DNA of 64,000 nucleotides from a virus (taxonomy: Duplodnaviria; Caudoviricetes): IMG/VR virus record IMGVR_UViG_3300033067_001807, positions 1-64,000 of that record; one strand, given 5' to 3'. The stretch's first letter is position 1, and the number at the start of each line of letters is the position of its first letter. Made by a program: the position numbers and the translations under genes. This document shows positions 18,068 through 28,408 of this stretch, one piece after another. The notes beneath the pieces were generated by a model. That model saw only the letters and a list, made by a program, of their open reading frames with translations, was not told the DNA's origin and searched no databases.

Positions 18068-20245
18068 CTAACAGTACCCTGCTTCTACTAAAATACCAGT
18101 AGATTGGTCTATATCACCATATTGTTTTTCAATAACAATATCTCCTTCAAATACTCCTTGTGTAGTAATGGTGTATAATGTTCTAAATTTTGAAGTTGAA
18201 CTTGGTGCATTTTGACTAATAACATTCACTAATGGAATTGTTCCAAACGTACCTGTAGTCCAATTATTATGTACATATATTACAAATCCTTCAAATACAA
18301 AATCATATAATTCAAATCCGTTAATATCTGAATAATTTGTCTCTATATATGCTGGTCTAACTGTCGATGTTAAAGAACATCCTTGAACATACGATACTGT
18401 TGTAAAGGCAGATCTACCTATTTGATGTATGTAATTCTGTATAAATATAGCTCCAATAAATTCATTTCCATTCCAATATCTTCTAAATCCTGTTAGTGTA
18501 TCTCTGTACCATCCCATAGTTGCATTAGCACCGGTTGTTAAATCATAAATTGCAGTACATGTTCCAAAATCAAATGCATTAATTTCATAATTTACACCAG
18601 TAAACGATGATATTGGACCATTTAACCCAAACACATTAGAATTTGTTGCTAAGTTTGCTGTAACAACTGGTAATGAAATACATTGAACTGATTGAGTAAA
18701 TGCAGATCCATTCCAATATCGTGTAATTCCTGTCATATTTTTATACCATCCGGCTGGCGCGAAATTTGTGGTACCATTAAGATATAAATATCTTTGTGTT
18801 GTATTATGGTCAAATGTTCCCCATTCATCTTCACTAGTACCAGACCATGAAAACGTAATTATAGGTGGTCTTGAACATGCAATATCTGAAGATACTGCAG
18901 CACTTGTTAAGACAATATTAGTACTGACAGGTGGTGGTGGAGTAAATACAGTATTTGACCAATGTAAATTAGGATTTTCAAGATACACAATATGTATCAT
19001 TCTATTTACTTCACTATTTGTACCTGGATTCGCACCCCCTAAACTAATAGAGTCATCTGAATTGTTTGCACTTAAATTTACCTGATAACTTCCATTTCCA
19101 GAAGTAGCAGCTGACATTGATATATTACTTCCACCTATAAGAATTGGAGTATTATCACCATTTACAACTAAATTTTGCCCGTTTCCATTTGATGCAATAT
19201 CGTAGTTAAATGAACTTAAGTTGGGTGTTTGAAATTCGTTAATTCCGTTTTCTACTTTCCATTTTTCACCATGACATAAATACCATCCATCAAAATCAGT
19301 ATTTTCCTTACCTCTACCATATATAAGTCTAAGTTCCTGATATGGAGGGCCCGGTTGTGTAATAGATGTATTTAATTCAAAATTGGTTGAGTTAAAATAG
19401 TCGGGTGGTATAGATATAATAGAACCTATTGGAAAACTTCCAAAGACAGATTTTTTATCAACCCACTTTACCTTTCCGTCAGTTCCTTCAGAAATTAAAA
19501 CATAGTTTTGAATTGCACCTTGAGATATTTGCAAAGCACTCTTTGAAATAAATTTTTGGGTGTTTATCGTTGTACTTAAATTTCCTCCAAATGTAATTAA
19601 ATTTTCAACAATTTTTAAATAACTTGTACCTAATATTTCATAAACAACTTCACCGCTAACATTTAAGAAATCAAACCCTACGTCGGCAGTTACTATTCTA
19701 CCTATTTCCATGTCTAAAAAGTTGCCTGTTTTCTTTAATCTTAAATCAGCAACCTTTCCTTCATGTTGTAATCTTAATCCTATTTGATATTGTGTAGCGC
19801 CTTCTCCATTTAAAGGACCTGTATAAATTGTTTTTACAGCTCCTCTATAATCTTCTGCAGGTTCAACATTTGGATTTAAAAATCCAGTTTTCATTACGAT
19901 TGGAGTATACTCAACGTAAGGAGGAGATGGTGGAACAAGTGGAAATAAGACTGATGGATATACAATTCCATTTTCTGTCTTTTCCTTTACTTCTAACCAA
20001 TCAGAGGGTGCAGAAGCACCTTGAGCACCTTGATATCCTTGAGTTCCTGAATAACCTTGAAACCCCCTAGGTCCAATTTTTCCATAGTCACCATCAGGTC
20101 CTTTAAATCCATCTGGTCCAGGCATACCACCATTGATAAACTGATAAAAATTAAAATTTAATTTATCAATTTTGTCTTTAGACCACCATTGGGTGCTATT
20201 AGGGTCTAGGTCAGATTTAAATATTTCTTTTATATTTATATTCAT
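18068..20245 (-). CDS. Tail fibre paralogue (collagen segment plus tail-collar-like domain)
   Basis: ...KLNFNFYQF; G-X-Y run; PIGSIISI...GWYLCHG...TPNL. Confidence 0.65.
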   Translation of the reverse strand: MNINIKEIFKSDLDPNSTQWWSKDKIDKLNFNFYQFINGGMPGPDGFKGPDGDYGKIGPRGFQGYSGTQGYQGAQGASAPSDWLEVKEKTENGIVYPSVLFPLVPPSPPYVEYTPIVMKTGFLNPNVEPAEDYRGAVKTIYTGPLNGEGATQYQIGLRLQHEGKVADLRLKKTGNFLDMEIGRIVTADVGFDFLNVSGEVVYEILGTSYLKIVENLITFGGNLSTTINTQKFISKSALQISQGAIQNYVLISEGTDGKVKWVDKKSVFGSFPIGSIISIPPDYFNSTNFELNTSITQPGPPYQELRLIYGRGKENTDFDGWYLCHGEKWKVENGINEFQTPNLSSFNYDIASNGNGQNLVVNGDNTPILIGGSNISMSAATSGNGSYQVNLSANNSDDSISLGGANPGTNSEVNRMIHIVYLENPNLHWSNTVFTPPPPVSTNIVLTSAAVSSDIACSRPPIITFSWSGTSEDEWGTFDHNTTQRYLYLNGTTNFAPAGWYKNMTGITRYWNGSAFTQSVQCISLPVVTANLATNSNVFGLNGPISSFTGVNYEINAFDFGTCTAIYDLTTGANATMGWYRDTLTGFRRYWNGNEFIGAIFIQNYIHQIGRSAFTTVSYVQGCSLTSTVRPAYIETNYSDINGFELYDFVFEGFVIYVHNNWTTGTFGTIPLVNVISQNAPSSTSKFRTLYTITTQGVFEGDIVIEKQYGDIDQSTGILVEAGYC

Positions 20246-20248
20246 TAG

Positions 20249-23200
20249 TTAAGCCTGTATTTTAACATGTATTTTGAAGTTGTAAGAATATCCAAGTATC
20301 TTATTATATATTAGTCTAAAACTAAGTCCATCATTTTGATAACTTAAAATGTTATAGTTACTTAATTTTGTATAACTATTAAGAGTTAAATCTTCAACAT
20401 TATCTACCGAAACAAACCCAGTCGTTAAATCTTTACCTTGAATTCCATAGATGTCAATTGTGTCCAATATAAACCTAGGTGTTATATTGGTATTTGAATA
20501 TATGCTTAAATCATCTTGTATTGATTCTTTATCTCCAAATGAGAATTCACTTTTAATATATCTTTTAAATCTTGAAGTAATTCCGTCTTCTAATAATTCA
20601 TTAAGAATAGCACTTGGTAAATAAAAATCAGCAATCAATTGTGATTCATTTTCATACCAGTGTATTGAAGATTTATTAGATTGATTAAATCTAATTCTAT
20701 CCAACTCTTCTAAAGAATTTTCTTGAATATCGCTGAATCTTGTGATATCATAAGTGTCTTTAACCTTCATTATGGTCGAAACCATGAATGTTTTCTTTTC
20801 AACTGGACTTAAAGTACCATGTACTTCCTCCGAATTTCCACCGGCTAAAGCCTTAGAAAAGTATTTAGGTGAATATTTTGACATAAATAGGTTTAAATCC
20901 TTTTTATCAATTGCAATCTCTCCAATTGCAGGATATAATGGCAATTTATCAGAAGTTTGAGAAAGCTTTAAGATATTCTTTGAATCCTCGTCATTTACCT
21001 TATGATAAAAATAGTTTTTAATAATTCCATAGCTATTTGTATTTGTCTTAAATGATTCAAACGCAATTCCAAGCCCATTGAATTTATTATATACTAATCT
21101 TTCATAATCTGATATCTCATTATTTTCTGATAAAACCTTATATTGTGTATATAAATCAGTAAATGTTATAATGCTATTGAATGATGGATTATAATCTCCA
21201 TTCATTCTACGTAAAACAGTGATATAACCACCATCTGTTCTATTTGTAATTATTTTTCCAATTTCGCCAGAAACAAGTTGATATGCTTTAGGTCTGTCAG
21301 GATCTGCATCTGATTGTAACATCGATGGCTTAATTATATCAGTCCCTGATTCAATAGATAAAATATATTGATTGTTTAATATGGTACCATCTTCCTGTAC
21401 CGTAATATAATCAACATTATTTAATTTATTAAATGAGTTAGCAAAATTATATGCATTGATTTGATTTAACACCGAAGCAAATTGATTTTTACCACCTTGA
21501 TAATATTTAAATTCAGCATTTAATGGTACTAATCCAAACTGTGAAGGATCTAATCTAAGACTATTTGCAGAAATCGTACCAGTCGTTGTGTTAAATAAAT
21601 ATGGCCAACCACTAACAACTATACTCTCATCATTTATCACTCTAATAACCTTAACTGCCCATGTCTCTCCAATTGTATTAAAATAAATCCAACTAAAATT
21701 TCCTATTTCATCGGGAGTTACATACGTTCTAAATTTAGCGCTACCATCCTGTATAGCAAATTGAGAAGCATTTAATATTGCCTCTTCATTTGGATTAATT
21801 TGGCTAAATGAACTACCTGCAAAATCGATTTGAAATTTAATCAAAGTATCTATAACAATATTATTCTCCTTTACGTCGTTAAGTGTATATAATAAATTTC
21901 TATTTAAGTATTTTTCATCATTTTCAATAAGTTCTAACTCAATTAAAATACACATAAATTTAAATTTGTCATTCTTGATCGATGTAATTGTTGCAGCATC
22001 CTTATTTGAACCCTGTTTATATTTTAAAACAACTCCGAATTTAATGTCATTAGCCTCATTTGTTGGAATAAATTCAGTAGGATTTTGAGATATAGTTTCT
22101 TTTCTTTTTTGATAAACATATCTTAATCCTCTAAATACTGTCGATGCATTTTTTTCATTATTGCCAGCATCAAATTTAGTCCATAATGGTTTAAGGGTAT
22201 TATCATACCATATATTATCGATTGAATCATAATATCCATTCCAATTAAAGTATTGGTTAAAATAATCGAAAGAAGTGTCTTGTAATTTTGCAATTGTTAA
22301 TTCTTCATCTGCAAAGTTTACATAATTATTAAAATCCTTTCTTCCTCCTAGTAGAGTATTAGGTAGGTCATGTATATGAAAATGCTCCATATTCATTAAG
22401 TCAACGTTTCTCTTTGAATCTATTTCAATATTTGGTGATAGATTATCTTCACCAAATGATTCGTTTACGTTCAATGTATATGGTAAATTTCTTGCGTTTG
22501 TTGCGTTTTTTAATTCAAACTTACAAATATGAGGTGCTATTCTGCTTTTTATAGCTGTTTCCTTTAACTTATTTTCACCTAATCTATCATACTCTGATTT
22601 TAAATTAACTAATCCTTGATTTTCTTCAACCTTTTCGTTTTCTAAAATAGGATTCAATCCACTATAAAATGTAAATGCTTCATTATCTTCAAAGTCATAC
22701 GATAAATCTCCAAGTTCTGAGTTTTTAGTTGAATAAAAATCAAAGTCAAAATCTTTAAAATCATATGCAGCAAATCTTCCATGTGATATTTCGAAAATCT
22801 TATACGTTTCAAATACCATATCATTTGAAAGTTTTATTGGATTTTGTAATATTACTCTATATAAATCTTCGTTAAAAGGGTCTTTATCAAATTCTATAAT
22901 TTTAGAATATGATTCAGAGTCTTTTTCTTTAATCCACTCTGCACCAATTTCTATTGTTTTAATTTCAGAAGATTTTACTAAAAAGCCTTGTCCACCAGTA
23001 GAACCTCCAACCATTGTCCACATATTCCAATCTGAAAATATTGTGTTAGTTGTAGAAGGAACCAAAGAATTTACTAGCCCAATATTGCTTTCTTCTCCGT
23101 TCGATACTGTAATAAAGTTAACAGTGTTTGGCTTATAAATACCAAATACAGACATATATCTTCTATTACCATCTTGTGTATCTTCTATTATTATTGTGTT

Positions 23201-24652
23201 ATCTTTAACGTATGTTTTGTATGGCAATGCCTCGTTCGTTTTAATTGCATTAGATATTGCAATCGTAATTTGTTGAATAGATCCTTGATTTGAGAATCTA
23301 TTTGAGCTTGCTCTACCTGGAAGCATTGTTTCATCTGCTACCAATGTAAAATCGCCTAGATTATATCCGGCAATCTCAATTTCCATACGGTCTCCTATAA
23401 AAAATCTATCATTGTGATTTGGAACATCATTAACAGATAATCTAATAAATCCACGTGGATTCGGCGTTAATTTTTCTGCATTAATAATTTTACCTGTCTT
23501 TGAAAAACCTTCAAAATCAGAGTAGTTAGCTCCATTTAATGCAATTGGTAATTTTCCAAAAGAATAATTTGAACCATTTTTTATATTATGGAAATTTCCA
23601 TGTTTATCTTTAACATATTGCAATGATGGTATACTTAAATCAGATGCTTTAGGCAACATGTCAATATGTGACAAGGATGTGCCTGTGATGTCATACAAAC
23701 TTGTATATGAGTCCATATTAATACTTACTATTCCGTTTTTATTAATAGTATCAACCTTAAAATAACCCTCATCAATATCGTCTACATATAATCCGAAATA
23801 TCTGTATATTTTATAGTTCTCTGCTGTAGTATCATCAAATAAAAATTCAAGGTTAATTGTATTGGCTAAAATAATTCCATTTCTTTCAAATCCTTGTGTT
23901 ATAATTTCATTACTAAAAATTTCAGGATAGTCAACTTGCGTATAATATTTATCAAACTGTTCTGCTTTACTCACAAATCCACCATTAACTGTATCTATTC
24001 CATTATAAAAAGAGGAAGCACCCTCCTTAAAATTAACGCTTATTGCAGAATTTGGAAATTGTTTATCGTTGACATGCGTTGCTAAATATTTTCCAAGGGG
24101 TGCATTTATTCCAATATCAAATGTTTTAATAATAGTTGCCTTGCTTAATAACTCAACAATTCTTTGGTTTTGTCCAACTGTATCTTCATCATATTGTGAA
24201 ACATAGTCAACATCATCTACACGATATACTACAAATTTAGAAGGCAATTTCTTTTCAACCCATAATGGTGCAAATATTTTATACTGTTCATCATATAATT
24301 TTGTGGTATTATGAGAAGCTCCATACTGATATTGGTCTTCATATTGAATTGAATAATCGGAGTATAGAGTAACATCAGTATTTGTTCTTAATACTTGATA
24401 TTTTTCGCTATTAGGTAAATTTCTAAAGAATGTCGCAACATCAGACGAATATATGCCATCAGGTTTAATATCGAATTTTTGATACTCTACCTTTGCAAGT
24501 TCTTTGTTTGCTTTAAAAGCACTTAAAAATAAATTGGAATTTGAGTCAACAACTAATTTAAGATTACTTGTTAACTTAGGGTTGGTACGAAGCAATGCAA
24601 ATGATTTATTATCATTATCATTACGAACAACGCTTGTATTAATTATAGCCAT
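20249..24652 (-). CDS. Large putative baseplate/virion structural protein (1467 aa)
   Basis: Long ORF in the structural cluster; no enzyme motif recognised. Confidence 0.6.
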   Translation of the reverse strand: MAIINTSVVRNDNDNKSFALLRTNPKLTSNLKLVVDSNSNLFLSAFKANKELAKVEYQKFDIKPDGIYSSDVATFFRNLPNSEKYQVLRTNTDVTLYSDYSIQYEDQYQYGASHNTTKLYDEQYKIFAPLWVEKKLPSKFVVYRVDDVDYVSQYDEDTVGQNQRIVELLSKATIIKTFDIGINAPLGKYLATHVNDKQFPNSAISVNFKEGASSFYNGIDTVNGGFVSKAEQFDKYYTQVDYPEIFSNEIITQGFERNGIILANTINLEFLFDDTTAENYKIYRYFGLYVDDIDEGYFKVDTINKNGIVSINMDSYTSLYDITGTSLSHIDMLPKASDLSIPSLQYVKDKHGNFHNIKNGSNYSFGKLPIALNGANYSDFEGFSKTGKIINAEKLTPNPRGFIRLSVNDVPNHNDRFFIGDRMEIEIAGYNLGDFTLVADETMLPGRASSNRFSNQGSIQQITIAISNAIKTNEALPYKTYVKDNTIIIEDTQDGNRRYMSVFGIYKPNTVNFITVSNGEESNIGLVNSLVPSTTNTIFSDWNMWTMVGGSTGGQGFLVKSSEIKTIEIGAEWIKEKDSESYSKIIEFDKDPFNEDLYRVILQNPIKLSNDMVFETYKIFEISHGRFAAYDFKDFDFDFYSTKNSELGDLSYDFEDNEAFTFYSGLNPILENEKVEENQGLVNLKSEYDRLGENKLKETAIKSRIAPHICKFELKNATNARNLPYTLNVNESFGEDNLSPNIEIDSKRNVDLMNMEHFHIHDLPNTLLGGRKDFNNYVNFADEELTIAKLQDTSFDYFNQYFNWNGYYDSIDNIWYDNTLKPLWTKFDAGNNEKNASTVFRGLRYVYQKRKETISQNPTEFIPTNEANDIKFGVVLKYKQGSNKDAATITSIKNDKFKFMCILIELELIENDEKYLNRNLLYTLNDVKENNIVIDTLIKFQIDFAGSSFSQINPNEEAILNASQFAIQDGSAKFRTYVTPDEIGNFSWIYFNTIGETWAVKVIRVINDESIVVSGWPYLFNTTTGTISANSLRLDPSQFGLVPLNAEFKYYQGGKNQFASVLNQINAYNFANSFNKLNNVDYITVQEDGTILNNQYILSIESGTDIIKPSMLQSDADPDRPKAYQLVSGEIGKIITNRTDGGYITVLRRMNGDYNPSFNSIITFTDLYTQYKVLSENNEISDYERLVYNKFNGLGIAFESFKTNTNSYGIIKNYFYHKVNDEDSKNILKLSQTSDKLPLYPAIGEIAIDKKDLNLFMSKYSPKYFSKALAGGNSEEVHGTLSPVEKKTFMVSTIMKVKDTYDITRFSDIQENSLEELDRIRFNQSNKSSIHWYENESQLIADFYLPSAILNELLEDGITSRFKRYIKSEFSFGDKESIQDDLSIYSNTNITPRFILDTIDIYGIQGKDLTTGFVSVDNVEDLTLNSYTKLSNYNILSYQNDGLSFRLIYNKILGYSYNFKIHVKIQA

Positions 24653-24659
24653 GAAAATC

Positions 24660-24714
24660 GCCTCTTTTTATTTATAGTATATATCCTCGGAATTAAGGAC
24701 CAATAAAAAGAGGC
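24660..24714 (-). promoter_or_regulatory. 13-bp perfect inverted repeat enclosing a late-promoter-like motif; downstream arm covers the initiation region
   Basis: gcctctttttatt (24660-24672) pairs with aataaaaagaggc (24702-24714). Loop contains GGATATATAC; TATAAATA spans the loop/arm junction. Confidence 0.7.
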
Positions 24715-24723
24715 TATTCTATA

Positions 24724-27700
24724 TTAATACATATTAATTTCTGGATATGAATAATCGATTCTATCTTCTGCAAGGTATAATCTTCTACCTCCACCGCCTC
24801 CACCTGTTTGGAAGTTTGTATTATAATTAGACAACATTGAACTTGTAATATTGTTTATGTTTTTTCCTTGAGGTGAATATTTAGCGTAAACTTCAATGTC
24901 GAATTTAAATTCTTTTTTAGCAAAATCTAATATATCTAATCCTATTTTTTTAGAATAGGTTAAATTTGTTAGTGTATTATCTATAACTCCGCCTACTCTA
25001 CCTGTTCCGGCTGCTCCTTCTCCAAAATAATCTGTCATTCTGTATTGAAATACAAGATCGATAGTAATCGCATTTGCACTTCCACCAACTACAATTTTTT
25101 TACCATTTTTATTTGGTGCGTCAACGACTAATGAATCAACGTTTAATGGCGACAAATATAGGAAAGATCCACATGAACGTCCACCTAATAGATACTGATC
25201 TTCGGGATTAAATCCATTTTTAATAGTAGATCGTAACCCTCTGCTTCCCTGTTTATTAAGCGTTTTAATAATTCTAAATGGTGTTTGTTTTTTGCCATGT
25301 GCATCATCTGCTCTTCTTGGCGCCGTTTTTGGCATACCAACCAATCCATTTCCTACAATTTCTAAAATTGCGCTTGATGGTGAAGCCACTGAAGAATATC
25401 CGGATAACAATGGGTGATCCGTATGCATGTATATTCCATTTGAATAATCTGAATATGTTACCGCGCCTCCTAGCCCGGTTTTATTTGGAACACTTCCACT
25501 ATATGTACCTGCCCATATAAAATTTCCTGGATTGTTTTCGGTTGATAATGGAGTTGCAGTAGCACCTGTAAAATTCTTAGAACCATCAGAGTTCACTGTA
25601 ATTCCATTTATAACAAAATTTAATCCATATTCATATTTATCATATCCATTTACACTAGCAATATCGATGTCTCCATCAAATCCTCCATTACTATTTCTTT
25701 CATCTATTATATATAAATTATCATCAGCTGCAAGATTTTTAAATCTAGAGTATATGAATTGTCCTCGCAATTGAGTTGATTGCTCAGGTCCACTATTGAA
25801 ATAGTCGGTATTTAATCCTGTAACATTATCTATATTTTGATATACTACCGGAACTAAATCATATCTACCCTCATTTTTATAAAAATCATCATTAATATAT
25901 TCAGGTGAAGGTGTTCCCGTTCCTAATCCAAATCGAGTGTCAACCGTTGAAACATGTGCAGGTGTTCTTGTATCTCCAATGATTCTTGCAATTAATTCAA
26001 GGTCAGTTGCTTTAGTATTTGAAAGTTCAACTTTAAAGTTTTTAGTAACAATATATCCTTTACCTCCAGTGCTTGGAATTTCATTTACATAATAACCTGC
26101 AAATAATTGTACAGTACTGTTATTTGTGACTGGTGTAACGTTACCATCTTCATCAATAATTTTAACCATTAATTCACCAACAGTACCTTCAATAACAGCT
26201 CTTAATCTTAGAACTTCGTTTTGAAGACTTAATAATTTATCATATACTGATAAAGGATTATTTAGGTCAGATAAAAATCCAGATGCAATTGAACTTGCGT
26301 TGTGTGCATATATAGATTCTCCTGCAGTAAACGTTTCTGCAACGTGAGAATATACTCCGGCGGTTTCAAGGTCTTGTTGAATTTGAACGCGAACCGCATC
26401 TAATTCATTAGCCTTAACAACACTATCGATAACGTCTGTATTTACTTCACCTTGTGGAAATTCTATTCTTTGAATTTCTGACCATTCAGATTCAATTGGA
26501 TTTGCAGGAAATCCTGCTTCAGAAATAGATTTAACCATTACTTCAACAATTTCCCCTGGGTTAATTGAAATGTCTAGTGAGTTAAAGTTAATTGCGTTTG
26601 CATCCTCTTCACTCTCTAAAACCCATGCATATTTTCCATCTTCTCCTAACTGTCTTTTTCTAACAGGTCCCATAACTTCAACCCAGTTTGAAAACGCTGC
26701 GGTTTTTTCAGTTTGGTTAACACTGTCAGTAAATTTTATTTGGTCAACTTCGGATGTTTTACCGGATGTTGACACATATCTATATCTTATTTTAAATTGT
26801 ACAACTTCTTGTGAAACTTGATTTCCAATTGTCTTAGGTTCAGGTACTGACCAAAATCCACGTACTCTAAATTTAGGAGCAACTGTTTGTAAGTCGGCAC
26901 TTTCGGCAGAAGATTTAATATCTGTAATAATTGAAGAGAATAGTTTTGAACTTGATTCTCTCTGATTAATTAAAGAATTTAACTCATTATTTTGAGTATC
27001 TTTTTCAGCAGAAGATTTAAATTTTTTGGTGTTGATTAGGGATTTCTTTTGCTTAATTGCATCATCAAGTTTTTTAATCTCCTGCTCTACCGATGTTTTA
27101 TCAGCCTTTAATTGCTTAATTTTATCAGTAGTTGTATTATTTGTTAAATGTTTATTAATTTGAACAACTTTAAAATTAGCAGTATCAATTAAAGGTACAT
27201 TTGGTTTAATACCTACTGCTGCAGGCGGAATATAATCAACCTTTAATGATTTAATAAATTGCCCGAAATCTGAAACCTCATCTCTATAGTACTCTGCAAG
27301 AGTCATTTTGTTTCCTAATGAATTTACAATTTCTAATTCATTAGAATAAAATGCAACTCCAGGCGAATAGTTTTCAGCTGGAATCTTTGAGTTTGGATCT
27401 ATTGGTTTTATAAAAATAACCTGTCTTTCATTAAAACCAATTTTAATTTCTACGTCTAAATTAGTGTCAACATCTTTATAAACACCAAGTTGATTAGCAC
27501 CAATTTTTATTGCTTCAGAACCTTCCATTAATAAAAGTTCAAGTTGAGAAGTTGAATTATCAATCGAAACAATTTGATACCTTGTTCTATAATTTCCAGA
27601 ATTAACAATTAATGAATCTCCAACCTTTAAAGTCTCAGTGTCTTTAAGGTCTTTTGTAGAGTCGTTGTATGCTAATTTATTGACAGTATATAATTTAACT

Positions 27701-28407
27701 AGTTTTGTTTGAGTAACTCCGTCAATTACTTGTGATTTTTCAACATTATCTATTTTAGTTACATCAAATGTACCATTATATTGTATTAATCTCATTGGCA
27801 TATCTAATACCTCTGCATCAATATAATATTTATATGGATTGTCATTTAACTGAGTTTTGAATGTTGCATAATCAATTTCACTACCTCCTTTGTAAATTTC
27901 ATCAAACGCTGTTATTGTGGCAGCATCATCTGAATCAAACACAAATCTCTCAACATAAACCTTTTCTGTTTCAACTGGAATTTGTCCAGTAACATCAAGA
28001 TTGATAGTTAATAATGGATTTAGAAAGTCCTCAAAAAATTCATTTAATTTTGTTCCAAATGTAGTTGGAGATGCAAGAGAAGTAATAGACTTTGAAGGTC
28101 CTTTTAATCTTGCAGTATGTATTGTTCGATATGAACCATCCTTTAGCCTAACTGTTGCGTCAGAACCTTCAAGACCACTTATAGAATTAATGTTGTTATT
28201 TAACCTCTCAATTTCTCTTTTCAAATATCCAAACGCTGGAATTTGAATAGTTTCCATTTGATTGGTACTATTATTAAATAAGTCAATAACCACAGTTTCT
28301 TTGTTAGTGGTTATTGCTTCATTGATTCTATTAAATGTTTCTAGCGCGTTTGTGTTTAACTCTAGAAACTGTTCAAGTAATTGTGATATTGAATTGCTAG
28401 CGCTCAT
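24724..28407 (-). CDS. Large virion structural protein with coiled-coil segments
   Basis: 1227 aa; central coiled coil; structural context. Confidence 0.6.
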   Translation of the reverse strand: MSASNSISQLLEQFLELNTNALETFNRINEAITTNKETVVIDLFNNSTNQMETIQIPAFGYLKREIERLNNNINSISGLEGSDATVRLKDGSYRTIHTARLKGPSKSITSLASPTTFGTKLNEFFEDFLNPLLTINLDVTGQIPVETEKVYVERFVFDSDDAATITAFDEIYKGGSEIDYATFKTQLNDNPYKYYIDAEVLDMPMRLIQYNGTFDVTKIDNVEKSQVIDGVTQTKLVKLYTVNKLAYNDSTKDLKDTETLKVGDSLIVNSGNYRTRYQIVSIDNSTSQLELLLMEGSEAIKIGANQLGVYKDVDTNLDVEIKIGFNERQVIFIKPIDPNSKIPAENYSPGVAFYSNELEIVNSLGNKMTLAEYYRDEVSDFGQFIKSLKVDYIPPAAVGIKPNVPLIDTANFKVVQINKHLTNNTTTDKIKQLKADKTSVEQEIKKLDDAIKQKKSLINTKKFKSSAEKDTQNNELNSLINQRESSSKLFSSIITDIKSSAESADLQTVAPKFRVRGFWSVPEPKTIGNQVSQEVVQFKIRYRYVSTSGKTSEVDQIKFTDSVNQTEKTAAFSNWVEVMGPVRKRQLGEDGKYAWVLESEEDANAINFNSLDISINPGEIVEVMVKSISEAGFPANPIESEWSEIQRIEFPQGEVNTDVIDSVVKANELDAVRVQIQQDLETAGVYSHVAETFTAGESIYAHNASSIASGFLSDLNNPLSVYDKLLSLQNEVLRLRAVIEGTVGELMVKIIDEDGNVTPVTNNSTVQLFAGYYVNEIPSTGGKGYIVTKNFKVELSNTKATDLELIARIIGDTRTPAHVSTVDTRFGLGTGTPSPEYINDDFYKNEGRYDLVPVVYQNIDNVTGLNTDYFNSGPEQSTQLRGQFIYSRFKNLAADDNLYIIDERNSNGGFDGDIDIASVNGYDKYEYGLNFVINGITVNSDGSKNFTGATATPLSTENNPGNFIWAGTYSGSVPNKTGLGGAVTYSDYSNGIYMHTDHPLLSGYSSVASPSSAILEIVGNGLVGMPKTAPRRADDAHGKKQTPFRIIKTLNKQGSRGLRSTIKNGFNPEDQYLLGGRSCGSFLYLSPLNVDSLVVDAPNKNGKKIVVGGSANAITIDLVFQYRMTDYFGEGAAGTGRVGGVIDNTLTNLTYSKKIGLDILDFAKKEFKFDIEVYAKYSPQGKNINNITSSMLSNYNTNFQTGGGGGGRRLYLAEDRIDYSYPEINMY

Positions 28408-28408
28408 G

